A stretch of DNA of 64,000 nucleotides from an uncultured Candidatus Saccharibacteria bacterium (GTDB lineage Bacteria; Patescibacteriota; Minisyncoccia; Phycocordibacterales; Zambryskibacteraceae). The DNA is taken from assembly GCA_964349945.1 (NCBI GenBank), contig CAYGIH010000002.1, positions 46,937-110,936 of the forward strand. Reading direction: 5' to 3'. This document shows, piece by piece, positions 55,007 through 64,000 of the stretch. Each line of letters starts with the position of its first letter. The first letter of the stretch is position 1. The notes under the pieces are model-generated. The model had not been told where the DNA came from. It saw nothing but the letters and a program-made list of their open reading frames with translations, and searched no databases. A program made the translations under genes and the position numbers.

Positions 55007-55939
55007 TTGTGCGACATGGCTACGACAGAACTTGAAAATTTAAAACGGCAATTTCTCGAACACACGGAGATTGAGAGAGGTCGTGCACTCAAAACTATTG
55101 AGAACTATGATCACTATCTCACTCGGTTTTTAACTTTTTCTAAAGCAAAGAATGCAAAGGATATAGATGAAAGTTTAATTAGAGAATTTAGGTTGTGGTT
55201 GAACAGACAATCAACAGGCAACAATAGAGCGACGAGGCAAACTCTTTCTAAAAAGACTCAGAATTATTATATGATTGCTCTTCGTGCGTTTTTAAAATTT
55301 TTGGCCAAAAAAGGAATCAAATCTCTTTCACCGGAAGTAATAGAATTAGCAAAAGTGCCTGAACGACACCTCGACCTCATCTCCCCTTCTGAACTCACTC
55401 GACTCCTCGATGCACCGAAGGGTGATGATTTAATTTCTCTCCGAGATAGAGCCATCTTAGAATTATTTTTCTCTACCGGTCTTCGTGTTTCTGAACTTGC
55501 GTCGCTTACAAATGATTTGGATTTAAAGGCTGATGAATTTTCTATCAGAGGTAAGGGCAGTAAAGTGCGTGTAGTTTTCCTTTCGGACGAAGCCAAGGAT
55601 GCTTTGAAGAAATATTTGGCTGCGAGGAAAGATATGAGTGATGCGATGTTTGTCTCTGTGGGTGGTGAGTCTAAGAAGAAAGAACCCACCCAACTCACTC
55701 GTCGGTCCATAGAGAGGTTAGTCAAAAAATATGCTATTAAGGCTGGGATATCGAAGAAAGTTACTCCTCACGTTATCCGCCACTCCTTCGCCACTGACCT
55801 ACTCTCGAACGGTGCAGACATAAGAAGTGTCCAAATGCTCCTTGGCCACGCGAACATCTCTACTACGCAGATTTATACACATGTGACAGACAAAGCCCTT
55901 CGAGACACCCACAAAAAATTCCACACAAGGAGAAAATAG
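55007..55939 (+). CDS. xerC: Tyrosine site-specific recombinase, XerC/XerD type
   Basis: C-terminal catalytic region HVIRHSFAT...LLGHANISTTQIYTHV with the catalytic Tyr. Confidence 0.8.
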   Translation: MCDMATTELENLKRQFLEHTEIERGRALKTIENYDHYLTRFLTFSKAKNAKDIDESLIREFRLWLNRQSTGNNRATRQTLSKKTQNYYMIALRAFLKFLAKKGIKSLSPEVIELAKVPERHLDLISPSELTRLLDAPKGDDLISLRDRAILELFFSTGLRVSELASLTNDLDLKADEFSIRGKGSKVRVVFLSDEAKDALKKYLAARKDMSDAMFVSVGGESKKKEPTQLTRRSIERLVKKYAIKAGISKKVTPHVIRHSFATDLLSNGADIRSVQMLLGHANISTTQIYTHVTDKALRDTHKKFHTRRK

Positions 55940-55945
55940 AATCGC

Positions 55946-55975
55946 TTGACAAATTCTGTGAAAGGTGTATTATTG
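55946..55975 (+). promoter_or_regulatory. Sigma70-like promoter (TTGACA-16-TATTAT) driving a non-coding transcript
   Basis: cTTGACAaattctgtgaaaggtgTATTATtg. Confidence 0.5.
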
Positions 55976-55979
55976 TACT

Positions 55980-56241
55980 TGGAAAGCAAAATCCCTCGTA
56001 ATCCGAGCTGTGAGTAAGTTTCTCTGAGTCTGGGCTCTGAATAGCCAGAATCAGTACTCACTAGGCCAATAGGCGGGTTTTAGGCTGATAGGTGTAGCGT
56101 TTGTGGTTAGGAAACAAGTCCACCACAGCGTGAATACTGTCAGCTGTGTTCAAATAAACTCTCTAATTTGAGAGCGATATACATACCGATTAGCAGAAAT
56201 GTTACAAAGCCCGCATCCAATTGGACGCGGGTTGATTTTTT
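55980..56241 (+). ncRNA. Candidate small RNA (~260 nt) bracketed by a promoter and an intrinsic terminator; identity unresolved
   Basis: No ORF of 60 aa or more. The terminator CCCGCATCC aatt GGACGCGGG is followed by TTGATTTTTT. An internal segment GAGTCTGGGCTCTGAATAGCCAG faintly resembles RNase P RNA CR-I (AGUCCGGGCUCCAUAGGGCAG). Confidence 0.35.
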
Positions 56242-56351
56242 ATATATCAATCACAAAAAATTCCATTCTAGAAGGAAATAGAGGTATAAATATAGGTTTT
56301 ATTGACTATTTACGGATTGATTTTTGTCCTGTTTTGGTGTATTATGGAGAG

Positions 56352-56650
56352 TAGTTTTCGATTGGATGCATCAATTTTGTCGATTTTTCTTACTTAGTGA
56401 CCTAAACGAGGAGAGGGGTCCGTTAGAAGATAAATCTGTCACAATTGACCCCGTTATGACAGGAATTCACCAATGGCATACATATGTCGGATGTGGATCA
56501 CTTTGAGAAACGGTAAGAAATACCGAAGACCAGATGGCAAGCCAATCTGTTGGGAGAACAGCAAATCTCCTAAAAAGGAAATCCCATCACTGGATGATGG
56601 GATGACCAAAGCTTAAGTTTGAAGGTAAAATCGTCCTCAGGGGCGGTTTT
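56352..56650 (+). ncRNA. Second candidate non-coding transcript downstream of a TTGATT-17-TATTAT promoter
   Basis: Several hairpins (CTGTCA...TGACAG; CCCATCA ctgga TGATGGG) with no convincing ORF. No clear terminator, so the 3' end is uncertain. Confidence 0.25.
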
Positions 56651-56722
56651 ACTTAACTAAGTTTACCTTATATATAATTATATATCTAATATATTGGGGA
56701 TAGCTCAAACACTTGAAAATAT

Positions 56723-56752
56723 TTGACAAAACTGGGTTGTTAGGTATATAAT
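56723..56752 (+). promoter_or_regulatory. Consensus sigma70 promoter (TTGACA-18-TATAAT) upstream of nusA, with a 5'-UTR hairpin
   Basis: TTGACAaaactgggttgttaggtaTATAAT. The leader forms the hairpin GAAGTTCGCC tcac GGCGGACTTC. Confidence 0.55.
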
Positions 56753-56825
56753 ACTGAGGTAATAAGTTTACGAGAAGTTCGCCTCACGGCGGACTTCTTT
56801 GTTAGAAGATTAATATATAAACATC

Positions 56826-58004
56826 ATGTTTGATCTAAAAGTCATCAATTCAGTCTTAGGAGAACTCGAAGAACTTCGAGGTATTCCTCGTGCCAAAATT
56901 ATTGAAGCCATAGAATCTGCTCTAGCCACTGCTTATAAAAAGGAGTACGGCAAACGCGGACAAATAATCAGAACTACTTTTGATGTGAAGACTGGTGAAA
57001 CCCATTTCTTCCAAGTGAAGGTGGTTGTGGATGATACTCGTGTCATCTTCCCTGAAGAAGCAGCTCGATTAGAAGATGAGGCCAATGAAAATCCAGAAGC
57101 CGCAGAAGAAAAGGCTGATGAAAGAGTTTTATACAATCCAGAACAACATATTCTCCTTGCAGATGCGAAGAAAATCAAACGTGATGCCCAACTTGATGAA
57201 GAAATAATCTTCCCTATTGAATCCAAGGGTGACTACGGACGCATCGCTGCTCAAACTGCGAAGCAAGTGATAATGCAAAAGATTCGTGAAGCAGAAAAAG
57301 TTTCTGTCTTTGCAGAATTTGGACAACGAGAGGGTCAAATAGTGAGCGGGACAGTAGAACGTATTGAACGAGGCAACATTTTCGTGAACCTCGGACGTGC
57401 TCCTGGACTTCTCTCATATGAAGAACAAATACCTGGAGAGAGATTTAACCAAGGTGAACGAGTACGAGCCTATCTTTATAGAGTAGAAGAATCTCCACGC
57501 GGAGTATTCCTCAGACTTTCGAGGAGCCATCCAAAATTCCTAGAGAAACTCTTTGAAGCAGAATCACCAGAACTACAAAATGGTGCTGTTGTTATAAAAG
57601 CCGTGGCTCGTGAAGCAGGTTATCGTTCGAAGATTGCAGGCTTCGCCACAGATTCTCACATTGACCCAGTTGGAGCCCTAGTTGGCCAACGTGGAGTGAG
57701 GGTTTCTACAGTAATGTCTGAAATCCGTGGAGAAAAGATTGATGTCATAGAGTGGAACGAAGATCCAAAGAAATTTATCGAAGAGGCTCTCTCCCCAGCT
57801 AAAATCTTGGACATTAAGATAAACGAAGAGGACAAATCAGCTACAGTAAACGTGTCTGAAGATCAGCAATCTCTAGCCATAGGTAAAGGTGGACAGAATG
57901 TTCGCCTTGCAGCCAAGCTCACAGGTTGGAAGATTGATATCCAATCAGCAAAGGGTGAAGAACTGGCTACCGCAGATGCTGAAGCGGTTCCAGAAACAAA
58001 CTAA
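56826..58004 (+). CDS. nusA: Transcription termination/antitermination factor NusA
   Basis: N-terminal domain, S1 domain and two KH domains (GKGGQNVRLAAKLTGW). Confidence 0.9.
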   Translation: MFDLKVINSVLGELEELRGIPRAKIIEAIESALATAYKKEYGKRGQIIRTTFDVKTGETHFFQVKVVVDDTRVIFPEEAARLEDEANENPEAAEEKADERVLYNPEQHILLADAKKIKRDAQLDEEIIFPIESKGDYGRIAAQTAKQVIMQKIREAEKVSVFAEFGQREGQIVSGTVERIERGNIFVNLGRAPGLLSYEEQIPGERFNQGERVRAYLYRVEESPRGVFLRLSRSHPKFLEKLFEAESPELQNGAVVIKAVAREAGYRSKIAGFATDSHIDPVGALVGQRGVRVSTVMSEIRGEKIDVIEWNEDPKKFIEEALSPAKILDIKINEEDKSATVNVSEDQQSLAIGKGGQNVRLAAKLTGWKIDIQSAKGEELATADAEAVPETN

Positions 58005-58025
58005 AATAAGGCTAATTACATGAAC

Positions 58026-58056
58026 AAAAATCCGAGAGCATTTGCTCTCGGATTTT
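58026..58056 (+). terminator. Intrinsic terminator after nusA
   Basis: ATCCGAGAGC attt GCTCTCGGAT followed by TTTT. Confidence 0.6.
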
Positions 58057-58122
58057 GATATAATAGTGTCTACACAGTTCATATAACTGTGTAGCTAAAA
58101 TTATAATTAACCTTAAAGACGG

Positions 58123-58806
58123 ATGAAAAAAAATCACACAATATTAGTCGTGGGAGCCGCGCTTTCAGCCCTACCTTTCTTTGCCATGGCTCAAACAGCT
58201 CCAACAGTTCCCCCTCGACCAGTTCAAATTAGAGAAGAGGTCAGAGATGCAAGGACTCAACTCAAACAAGACATTCAAGAAAAAAGAGAAGATGTTAAGG
58301 ATTTAAGAGAACAAGGAAAGCAGGAGATAAAAGACCTTAGAGAAGAAGGAAAAAAAGAAATTCAAGAAAAGAAAAATAATATTCGAGGTATTGAATTAAC
58401 AAACCGAGTGAACAATACAGTTAGGATGCTTACAGCTACAGCCAACAGATTAGATGCAATTATTGTTCGAATTGAATCAAGATTAGCCAAGATAACCGCA
58501 GCAAAGGGAGACACTACAGCACTAGTGGCAGCCATAGCAACAGCTAAGACAGATATGGCTTCAGCCAGAACTCACATCGCCACCATTGGTTCAATCGATC
58601 TTTCTGGAGCAAGCACCACAGTAAAAGCAAACTTTGAGAAAATAAAAACAGAAACTAAGCTAGCCAAAGATTTGTACGACAAGGTAAGAAAAGACCTTGT
58701 GAGGGTTACAAATGATTTAAGAGAATTAGGTAAGGTCAAGAAAGTAAATGATGATGCTCCAAAGGAAATTGAAGTAGAAAAACCAGTCGCTACTCCAACA
58801 CAATAA
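58123..58806 (+). CDS. Secreted coiled-coil protein with K/E-rich repeats
   Basis: Signal peptide MKKNHTILVVGAALSALPFFAMA and repetitive (D/E)(L/V)REQGKQEIK units. Confidence 0.35.
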   Translation: MKKNHTILVVGAALSALPFFAMAQTAPTVPPRPVQIREEVRDARTQLKQDIQEKREDVKDLREQGKQEIKDLREEGKKEIQEKKNNIRGIELTNRVNNTVRMLTATANRLDAIIVRIESRLAKITAAKGDTTALVAAIATAKTDMASARTHIATIGSIDLSGASTTVKANFEKIKTETKLAKDLYDKVRKDLVRVTNDLRELGKVKKVNDDAPKEIEVEKPVATPTQ

Positions 58807-58831
58807 AAATTAGTAATAAATAATAAATAAA

Positions 58832-59104
58832 ATGGACAATCAAAATTCAAATGAAGGAGGAGTTGGACCAATTATTGCTACAGTTATAATTCTCGCGGTT
58901 ATTATCCTAGGAGGATTCTACTTCTGGAGTCAAAGACAAGGAGCAGATACCACACAACCTGCAGGTTTGACTGATGTTGCACCTGTTTCAAATGACGCCG
59001 TTCAAGCGATAGAAAAGCAATCAACCTCAGATGATACAGCTTCAATAGAAGCAGATCTAAAGGCAACAGACACAACTGGATTAGACGCTTCCCTCGTACA
59101 ATAA
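58832..59104 (+). CDS. Small single-TM protein
   Basis: 90 aa with TM helix IIATVIILAVIILGGFYFW. Confidence 0.3.
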   Translation: MDNQNSNEGGVGPIIATVIILAVIILGGFYFWSQRQGADTTQPAGLTDVAPVSNDAVQAIEKQSTSDDTASIEADLKATDTTGLDASLVQ

Positions 59105-59126
59105 GTTTTGGTTCTATAGGTCGCAT

Positions 59127-59167
59127 AACCCCGCCCTGACACACGTCAGGGCGGGGTTTGCTTTTAT
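59127..59167 (+). terminator. Intrinsic terminator
   Basis: AACCCCGCCCTGAC acac GTCAGGGCGGGGTT followed by a T-rich tail. Confidence 0.65.
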
Positions 59168-59192
59168 CTTCAACTTTCTTTATGCTCTCAAC

Positions 59193-60167
59193 ATGAATAA
59201 ACATTTCACCGACATCAAATCAAAAACACTTCCAGAGAGTGAAGTAGAAATCACTGGTTCTATTAGTTTAGATTTTATAAATGAATGTAGAAAAGAGGCT
59301 ATTAAGGAGCTTGGTAAGAAGGCAAATATAGATGGTTTTAGAAAGGGTCATATACCAGAAGATATACTTATAAAACGAGTTGGAGAAATTGCAGTCCTCG
59401 AAGAGGCGGCTGAAATTGCTCTGGGAAAAGAAATCTATGAGGTGATAAAGGAAACAAAAGTTCAGGCCATCGGTCGTCCAGCGGTAACCATCACCAAGCT
59501 TGCTCCTGGGATTCCCCTTGAATTTAAAATTATCACTGCCGTAGAACCAGAGTTTAAACTTCCTGATTATAAAAAAATATCAAAGGCTATCTTTTCTAAA
59601 GAGGAAAAAGTGGAAGTGATAGACAAGGAAGTAGAAGATGTTTTAGAAGAAATAAAAAAGCACAACCTCAAACCAGATTTAAAGGAAGGTGAAGATTTAA
59701 ATATTAAAATTAGAGAAAATCTTTTGATGGAGAAAGGACTCAGAGCCAAAGAACAAAATAGACAAAAGGCTTTGGAGCAAATGATTAAAGAAACTGAAGT
59801 GGTAGTGCCTAAAATTTTGGTTCAAGCAGAACTTGATAGGATGATGAATCAATTTATGGACGATGTGGCTCGCGCAGGACTTAAATGGGATGAATATTTG
59901 AAGACTCTTAAGAAAACCGAAGATGATGTGAAGGCAGAGTGGAAGGAACAAGCATTAGACAGAGCCAAAGCAGAACTTATCGTGTCCAAAATTGCTATAG
60001 AAGAAAAAATAGAACCAGATGAGAAGGAATTAGATCATGAGGCTAAACACATCCTAGAGCACTATCCTGATGCTGATCCGTTACGTGTTCGAATATATCT
60101 CTATACTCAAATGCGAAACCAAAAAGTCTTTGAATTCTTGGAGAATGTTGACAAGCGACAAAAATAG
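59193..60167 (+). CDS. tig: Trigger factor, short form apparently lacking the PPIase domain
   Basis: The ribosome-binding signature GFRKGHIP is in the N-terminal domain. At 324 aa it is ~100 aa shorter than canonical Tig. Confidence 0.65.
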   Translation: MNKHFTDIKSKTLPESEVEITGSISLDFINECRKEAIKELGKKANIDGFRKGHIPEDILIKRVGEIAVLEEAAEIALGKEIYEVIKETKVQAIGRPAVTITKLAPGIPLEFKIITAVEPEFKLPDYKKISKAIFSKEEKVEVIDKEVEDVLEEIKKHNLKPDLKEGEDLNIKIRENLLMEKGLRAKEQNRQKALEQMIKETEVVVPKILVQAELDRMMNQFMDDVARAGLKWDEYLKTLKKTEDDVKAEWKEQALDRAKAELIVSKIAIEEKIEPDEKELDHEAKHILEHYPDADPLRVRIYLYTQMRNQKVFEFLENVDKRQK

Positions 60168-60218
60168 TTATACTTTAAGGTCTGATTTTGACCTTTACTT
60201 ATACTCACGAGGTGAATA

Positions 60219-61478
60219 ATGTGGGATCCATATGCTGGTTTTGAAACTACCGTGATGCCAAACGGTTTGACCGTTCATGTGGCTCATTGGCCTGATCGAC
60301 CATGGTCTGCTGTGGGCTTTGTGGTTCACAGTGGAGCGAGAGTTGATCCGATTGGTCTTGAAGGCACCGCTCATTTCGTGGAGCATTTGGTGTCTAGAAA
60401 TGGGAATATGCTTTATGGTGATGTCGAAAAGTTTTTCGACAGAATCGGTGGTTCGTGCATGCTTGGAGTAACGAATTTTAAGAGCACTAGTTACAGTTTC
60501 TTCGCTCCATCTGATTCAGATAATCTCAAAAAAGCTTTTCGCTATTTTGGGAATATGCTTCTTGATCTCCGACTCGAAAGATTCATTGAGGAACAGCGTA
60601 AGGTGATTCTCAGTGAATTTCATAGAAAGTTCCCCATCCCTGCCCAGATGGATTTGAGGTGGAGAGAACGAAAGACAGTTTTCTATGGAACTTGGCTTGA
60701 GCGATTCTTGTCTCCCTTGGGAGAGCCTGGTTCAATTAGTCGTATCTCTGAAATGGATTTGCAGAATTACTATGATTGGCATTACACCCCAGCCAACATG
60801 AGTGTGGTGTGTGTTGGCGGATTGGGTTCTCAAGAAGTGTTGAAATACTTGGAAAACAGTCCGTTTTCATTAATGAAAACAGGAAAACGATCAATAATTC
60901 CTGAACCACAAAGTGATTTTCATGTCCCGTCAGAAAATCGTTATGTGGTTGAGATGCACAAGATCGCTAAGACAGAAGTGCCCATGGAGAGAGCTTCATA
61001 TTCTAGTGTAGTGGTTGTTCCTGGAACAATCGATTGGCCTATTCTTACGGTATTTAGGAATATGGTCGACAGGCTTCTTTTTGATGAGATTAGAGAAAGG
61101 CGTGGTTGGACTTATTCAGTTGGTTTGAATAATTACAACCATCAAGCTTTTCGTGAAGCAACAATCTCTTGTTCAGGTATTCCTCTCGAGGCGCTTGATC
61201 GGATAGAAGCTGTTATTGAATCATGTTTAGAATCAATACCAGACATGTCTGATTTGTTTTCTGAAACTGTTCATCGATTGGTTTCAGATATTCATGATTT
61301 GGATATGACTGGCAGAGCTTTGCGCGATAATGTGATGAATCAACTTCAAACTGATCATCTCTTCACAACGTCAACTGAAGATAACCACAGAATTTCTCTG
61401 GTTACATTGGAGGACATTCGTGAAGTGATGAAATGGTTTGCTCCGCATCGTCGAAGAACCGTTCTCACTGTTCCTTGA
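60219..61478 (+). CDS. M16-family zinc metallopeptidase (pitrilysin/insulinase-like, inverted HxxEH motif), GC-enriched
   Basis: The HFVEHLV zinc-binding motif lies near the N-terminus, and the 419-aa size fits a single M16 unit. The CDS is GC-richer than flanking tig and clpP. Confidence 0.7.
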   Translation: MWDPYAGFETTVMPNGLTVHVAHWPDRPWSAVGFVVHSGARVDPIGLEGTAHFVEHLVSRNGNMLYGDVEKFFDRIGGSCMLGVTNFKSTSYSFFAPSDSDNLKKAFRYFGNMLLDLRLERFIEEQRKVILSEFHRKFPIPAQMDLRWRERKTVFYGTWLERFLSPLGEPGSISRISEMDLQNYYDWHYTPANMSVVCVGGLGSQEVLKYLENSPFSLMKTGKRSIIPEPQSDFHVPSENRYVVEMHKIAKTEVPMERASYSSVVVVPGTIDWPILTVFRNMVDRLLFDEIRERRGWTYSVGLNNYNHQAFREATISCSGIPLEALDRIEAVIESCLESIPDMSDLFSETVHRLVSDIHDLDMTGRALRDNVMNQLQTDHLFTTSTEDNHRISLVTLEDIREVMKWFAPHRRRTVLTVP

Positions 61479-61483
61479 TTTAT

Positions 61484-61507
61484 AGCCCGCATAAGTGCGG
61501 GTTTTTT
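61484..61507 (+). terminator. Intrinsic terminator after the M16 peptidase gene
   Basis: CCCGC ataagt GCGGG followed by TTTTTT. Confidence 0.6.
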
Positions 61508-61548
61508 GTTAATTTGATTTAGAGGGTTATTTTCTATATAGTATCGGC

Positions 61549-62124
61549 ATGAGTTATTTAATCCCAACCGTGATTGAGAAATCACAAAACGGCGAACGAG
61601 CCTACGACATTTATTCACGTTTATTAAAAGAACGTATTATTTTTTTAGCTGGTCCTATTGATTTTGATACAGCTAATATAGTTATTGCTCAAATGTTGTT
61701 TCTCCAATCAGAAGACCCAAAGAAAGATATCACTCTTTATATTAACTCTCCTGGTGGAGAAGTTCCTTCTGGACTTGCCATTATTGATACGATGAATCAC
61801 ATTAAGCCGGATGTTTCCACTCTTTGTATTGGCATGGCCGCTTCTATGGGTGCTATGATTCTTTCTTCTGGGGCTAAAGGCAAGAGATTTGCTCTTCCCA
61901 ATTCTGAGGTTATGATTCACCAACCATCTGGTGGATATGAAGGCAAGGCTTCGGACATAGAGATAGGGGCCAAGAGAATTCTTAAAAATCGCGCTATTTT
62001 GAATAAAATACTTGTAAAGAATACTGGGCAGACATTATCAAAGATTGAAAAGGATATGGACAGAGATTTTTTCATGGACCCAGAAGAAGCCAAAAAATAC
62101 GGCATTATAGACAAAATATTATAG
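61549..62124 (+). CDS. clpP: ATP-dependent Clp protease proteolytic subunit
   Basis: GMAASMGA with the Ser active site, and a His-containing IHQPSGG segment. Confidence 0.9.
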   Translation: MSYLIPTVIEKSQNGERAYDIYSRLLKERIIFLAGPIDFDTANIVIAQMLFLQSEDPKKDITLYINSPGGEVPSGLAIIDTMNHIKPDVSTLCIGMAASMGAMILSSGAKGKRFALPNSEVMIHQPSGGYEGKASDIEIGAKRILKNRAILNKILVKNTGQTLSKIEKDMDRDFFMDPEEAKKYGIIDKIL

Positions 62125-62244
62125 ATATAGTATTCTTCGGGTGTTCACTTATTATTGAATTAATTGAAACGTTCGCTCCGTTTTCTGACTATCTGACTGA
62201 CTTACCTACTCGACTGACCGCTTGACCGAACTGCGATCACACAC

Positions 62245-63774
62245 ATGTCACTAAAATTAGCATTGCTACTTGCGCTTCTTGCTGCATCTGCCGGAATGGG
62301 TTTGGGTTATTTGTTGCGCCTTATTATTGCCTTGGGCAAGAAGGGCTCAATGGAGCTTGATATCAAACAGATGGAGATTCAAGCCAGAGATGAAGCTCAA
62401 AAGATTGTTTCTGAAGCAGAAAGTAAGGCCACAGAGCTTATAGAGAAAGCAGAATCAATATTGAAAGAAAGAGATGAGAGGATAAATAAAACTGAAGATA
62501 GATTGATAAAAAAGGAAGAATTTTTGGATAAAAGACAGTTAGATATAGACAAAGAAGCTGAATACATCAAAGAAAAAGCCAATGAAATAAGGGCTATTAA
62601 AGAAAAAGCCGACGAGCTCATCCAAATGAGAAATTCAGAACTTTCTAAGGTAGCCGGTCTTTCGGAGACTGAAGCCAAAGAGGAACTATTAAATACAGTA
62701 GAGAAAAAAGCCGAAGAAGACCTACTTATTCGTATGCAAAAGCTTGATAATCAAGCTGAAGAGAAACTGACAGACAAGGCCAAGGATATTTTAGCTACAG
62801 TTATCCAGCGTTTGGCTTCAACTGTCTCTGGAGAAATCATGATCACTTCTGTTCCTCTCCCATCAGATGAAATAAAAGGAAAAATTATAGGAAAGGAAGG
62901 TAGAAACATAAAAGCTTTTGAACGAGTCACTGGTGTTGAAGTGATTGTCGATGATACTCCTGGGGCTATCACCATTTCTTCTTTTGATCCGATTCGAAGG
63001 GCTGTGGCTTGCCTCGCGCTCGAAAACTTAATCACTGATGGAAGAATTCAACCGGCCAAAATAGAAGAATTCGTGGAGAAGGCCAAAATAGAAACAAATA
63101 AAATAATAAAAGAGAAAGGAGAGGCTGCGGCCTTTGAGTGTGGAGTTTATAACCTTGACCCAAAACTCATTGCAATACTTGGGCGATTGCACTTTCGTAC
63201 TTCTTATGGGCAAAATGTCCTCGCTCACTCCATAGAAATGACTCACATTGCTGGGATGCTCGCCGAAGAGCTTGGAGCAAATGTAGCCGTAGCCAAAACA
63301 GGCGCGCTTCTCCACGACATAGGCAAGGCTCTTGATCATGAGGTTAGTGGTACACATGTAGAGATCGGTAGGAGAATTCTACAGAAATTTAATGTTTCAG
63401 AAGAAATAATTAAAGCTATGCAAGCACATCACGGAGAGTATCCATATGAAACCATTGAATCAATTATTGTGCAGACTGCAGACGCAATTTCTGGTGGTAG
63501 ACCTGGCGCAAGGCGAGATACAGTAGAAAACTACCTCAAACGCCTTGAAGACCTTGAAGCTATTGCCCTATCGTTCCCTGGTGTTGAAAAGGCTTATGCC
63601 CTTCAGGCTGGCCGAGAAATTAGGATTTTTGTTACCCCAGAGAAGGTCACCGACCTAGAAGCCAAAAAAATGGCTAGAGATATAGCTATTCGGGTAGAAA
63701 ACGAATTAAAGTACCCAGGGGAAATAAAGGTAAATGTTATCCGAGAGGCACGTTCTGTAGAGTTTGCCAGATAA
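62245..63774 (+). CDS. rny: Ribonuclease Y
   Basis: N-terminal TM, coiled coil, KH domain (GKIIGKEGRNIK) and HD domain (HSIEMTHIAGMLA...LLHDIGK). Confidence 0.85.
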   Translation: MSLKLALLLALLAASAGMGLGYLLRLIIALGKKGSMELDIKQMEIQARDEAQKIVSEAESKATELIEKAESILKERDERINKTEDRLIKKEEFLDKRQLDIDKEAEYIKEKANEIRAIKEKADELIQMRNSELSKVAGLSETEAKEELLNTVEKKAEEDLLIRMQKLDNQAEEKLTDKAKDILATVIQRLASTVSGEIMITSVPLPSDEIKGKIIGKEGRNIKAFERVTGVEVIVDDTPGAITISSFDPIRRAVACLALENLITDGRIQPAKIEEFVEKAKIETNKIIKEKGEAAAFECGVYNLDPKLIAILGRLHFRTSYGQNVLAHSIEMTHIAGMLAEELGANVAVAKTGALLHDIGKALDHEVSGTHVEIGRRILQKFNVSEEIIKAMQAHHGEYPYETIESIIVQTADAISGGRPGARRDTVENYLKRLEDLEAIALSFPGVEKAYALQAGREIRIFVTPEKVTDLEAKKMARDIAIRVENELKYPGEIKVNVIREARSVEFAR

Positions 63775-63901
63775 TAGTCATTTGTGACTTTAGACGAAGT
63801 CTTTCATGGCATTGCTTAAAATATGGCTTAGTATATAATTTTTATTGGGCAAAGATCCTGATCGGACCTTGTTTATAAGTAAGTTTTAATGAAAGAAAAA
63901 A

Positions 63902-64000
63902 ATGAATAAAGTTGCAATAGTAGAGGCTGTACACGCAAAACTTGGAGGAACAAAAGTTCAAGCAGAAGAAGTTGTAGATGTAGTGATTGATTCTATCGTT
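63902..64000 (+). CDS. hup: HU/IHF-family DNA-binding protein (5' part; continues beyond the window)
   Basis: MNKVAIVEAVHAKLGGTKVQAEEVVDVVIDSIV is a typical HU N-terminus. Confidence 0.6.
   Translation, partial: MNKVAIVEAVHAKLGGTKVQAEEVVDVVIDSIV

Noticed and set aside
55980-56241. tmRNA or SRP RNA identity for the first candidate sRNA
   Set aside because: There is no tRNA-like T-loop (GGTTCGAnTCC) or CCA-ready 3' end, no tag-peptide reading frame ending in AA-stop, and no convincing GGAA/GNRA helix-8 motif.
56324-56506. 60-aa ORF inside the non-coding region upstream of nusA
   Set aside because: It has no RBS and odd composition, and sits inside the candidate sRNA region.
56695-56730. tRNA-like 5' fragment GGGGATAGCTCA
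   Set aside because: Only a 12-nt match to a tRNA acceptor/D-stem start. No D-loop, anticodon or T-arm follows, so it is not a tRNA.
1-64000. CRISPR arrays and rRNA genes
   Set aside because: No regularly spaced direct repeats with unique spacers were seen, and no rRNA-like conserved blocks were found. The only repeat clusters are the short regulatory-looking ones reported above.

Overview
This window is AT-rich and gene-dense, and looks like chromosome from a reduced-genome (Patescibacteria/CPR-like) bacterium using the standard code. The housekeeping core includes the replication-origin neighbourhood, with dnaA and dnaN on the minus strand facing rpmH-rnpA-yidC on the plus strand, and DnaA-box-like 9-mers in the intergenic regions. 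Also present are ruvA, ruvB, a YebC-family gene, ruvC, ruvX, polA, a truncated holA-like gene, pcrA/uvrD, fpg, tyrS, nusA, a short trigger factor, clpP, RNase Y, ribosomal proteins L19, S20, S15 and L34, and six tRNAs (His, Val, Arg-TCT, Ser-TGA, Arg, Lys-TTT). Two surface machineries are encoded: a type IV pilus set (pilB, pilM/N/O) and an ~12 kb minus-strand type IV secretion-like operon. That operon has a VirB4 ATPase apparently split across two ORFs offset by 1 nt, a VirB3-like protein, a VirB6-like polytopic protein and several secreted or Cys/Gly-rich proteins. The left edge carries the end of an integrative element: a hypothetical protein, a RepA-like ATPase, and a large serine recombinase whose 3' end runs into the 3' end of tRNA-His. 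A free-standing LAGLIDADG homing endonuclease lies next to it. The most unusual pattern is a series of sharply GC-rich one- or two-gene islets, each with AT-rich sigma70-like promoters and intrinsic terminators. Three sit directly after tRNA genes. The largest encodes a DGQHR/ParB-like (DndB-family) protein plus a signal-peptide/TM/proline-rich protein next to a XerC/D-type recombinase, and is my best candidate for an undescribed accessory or defense module. There is also an ~880 bp non-coding stretch before nusA with two promoter-bracketed candidate sRNAs, and a structured repeat element upstream of ruvB.
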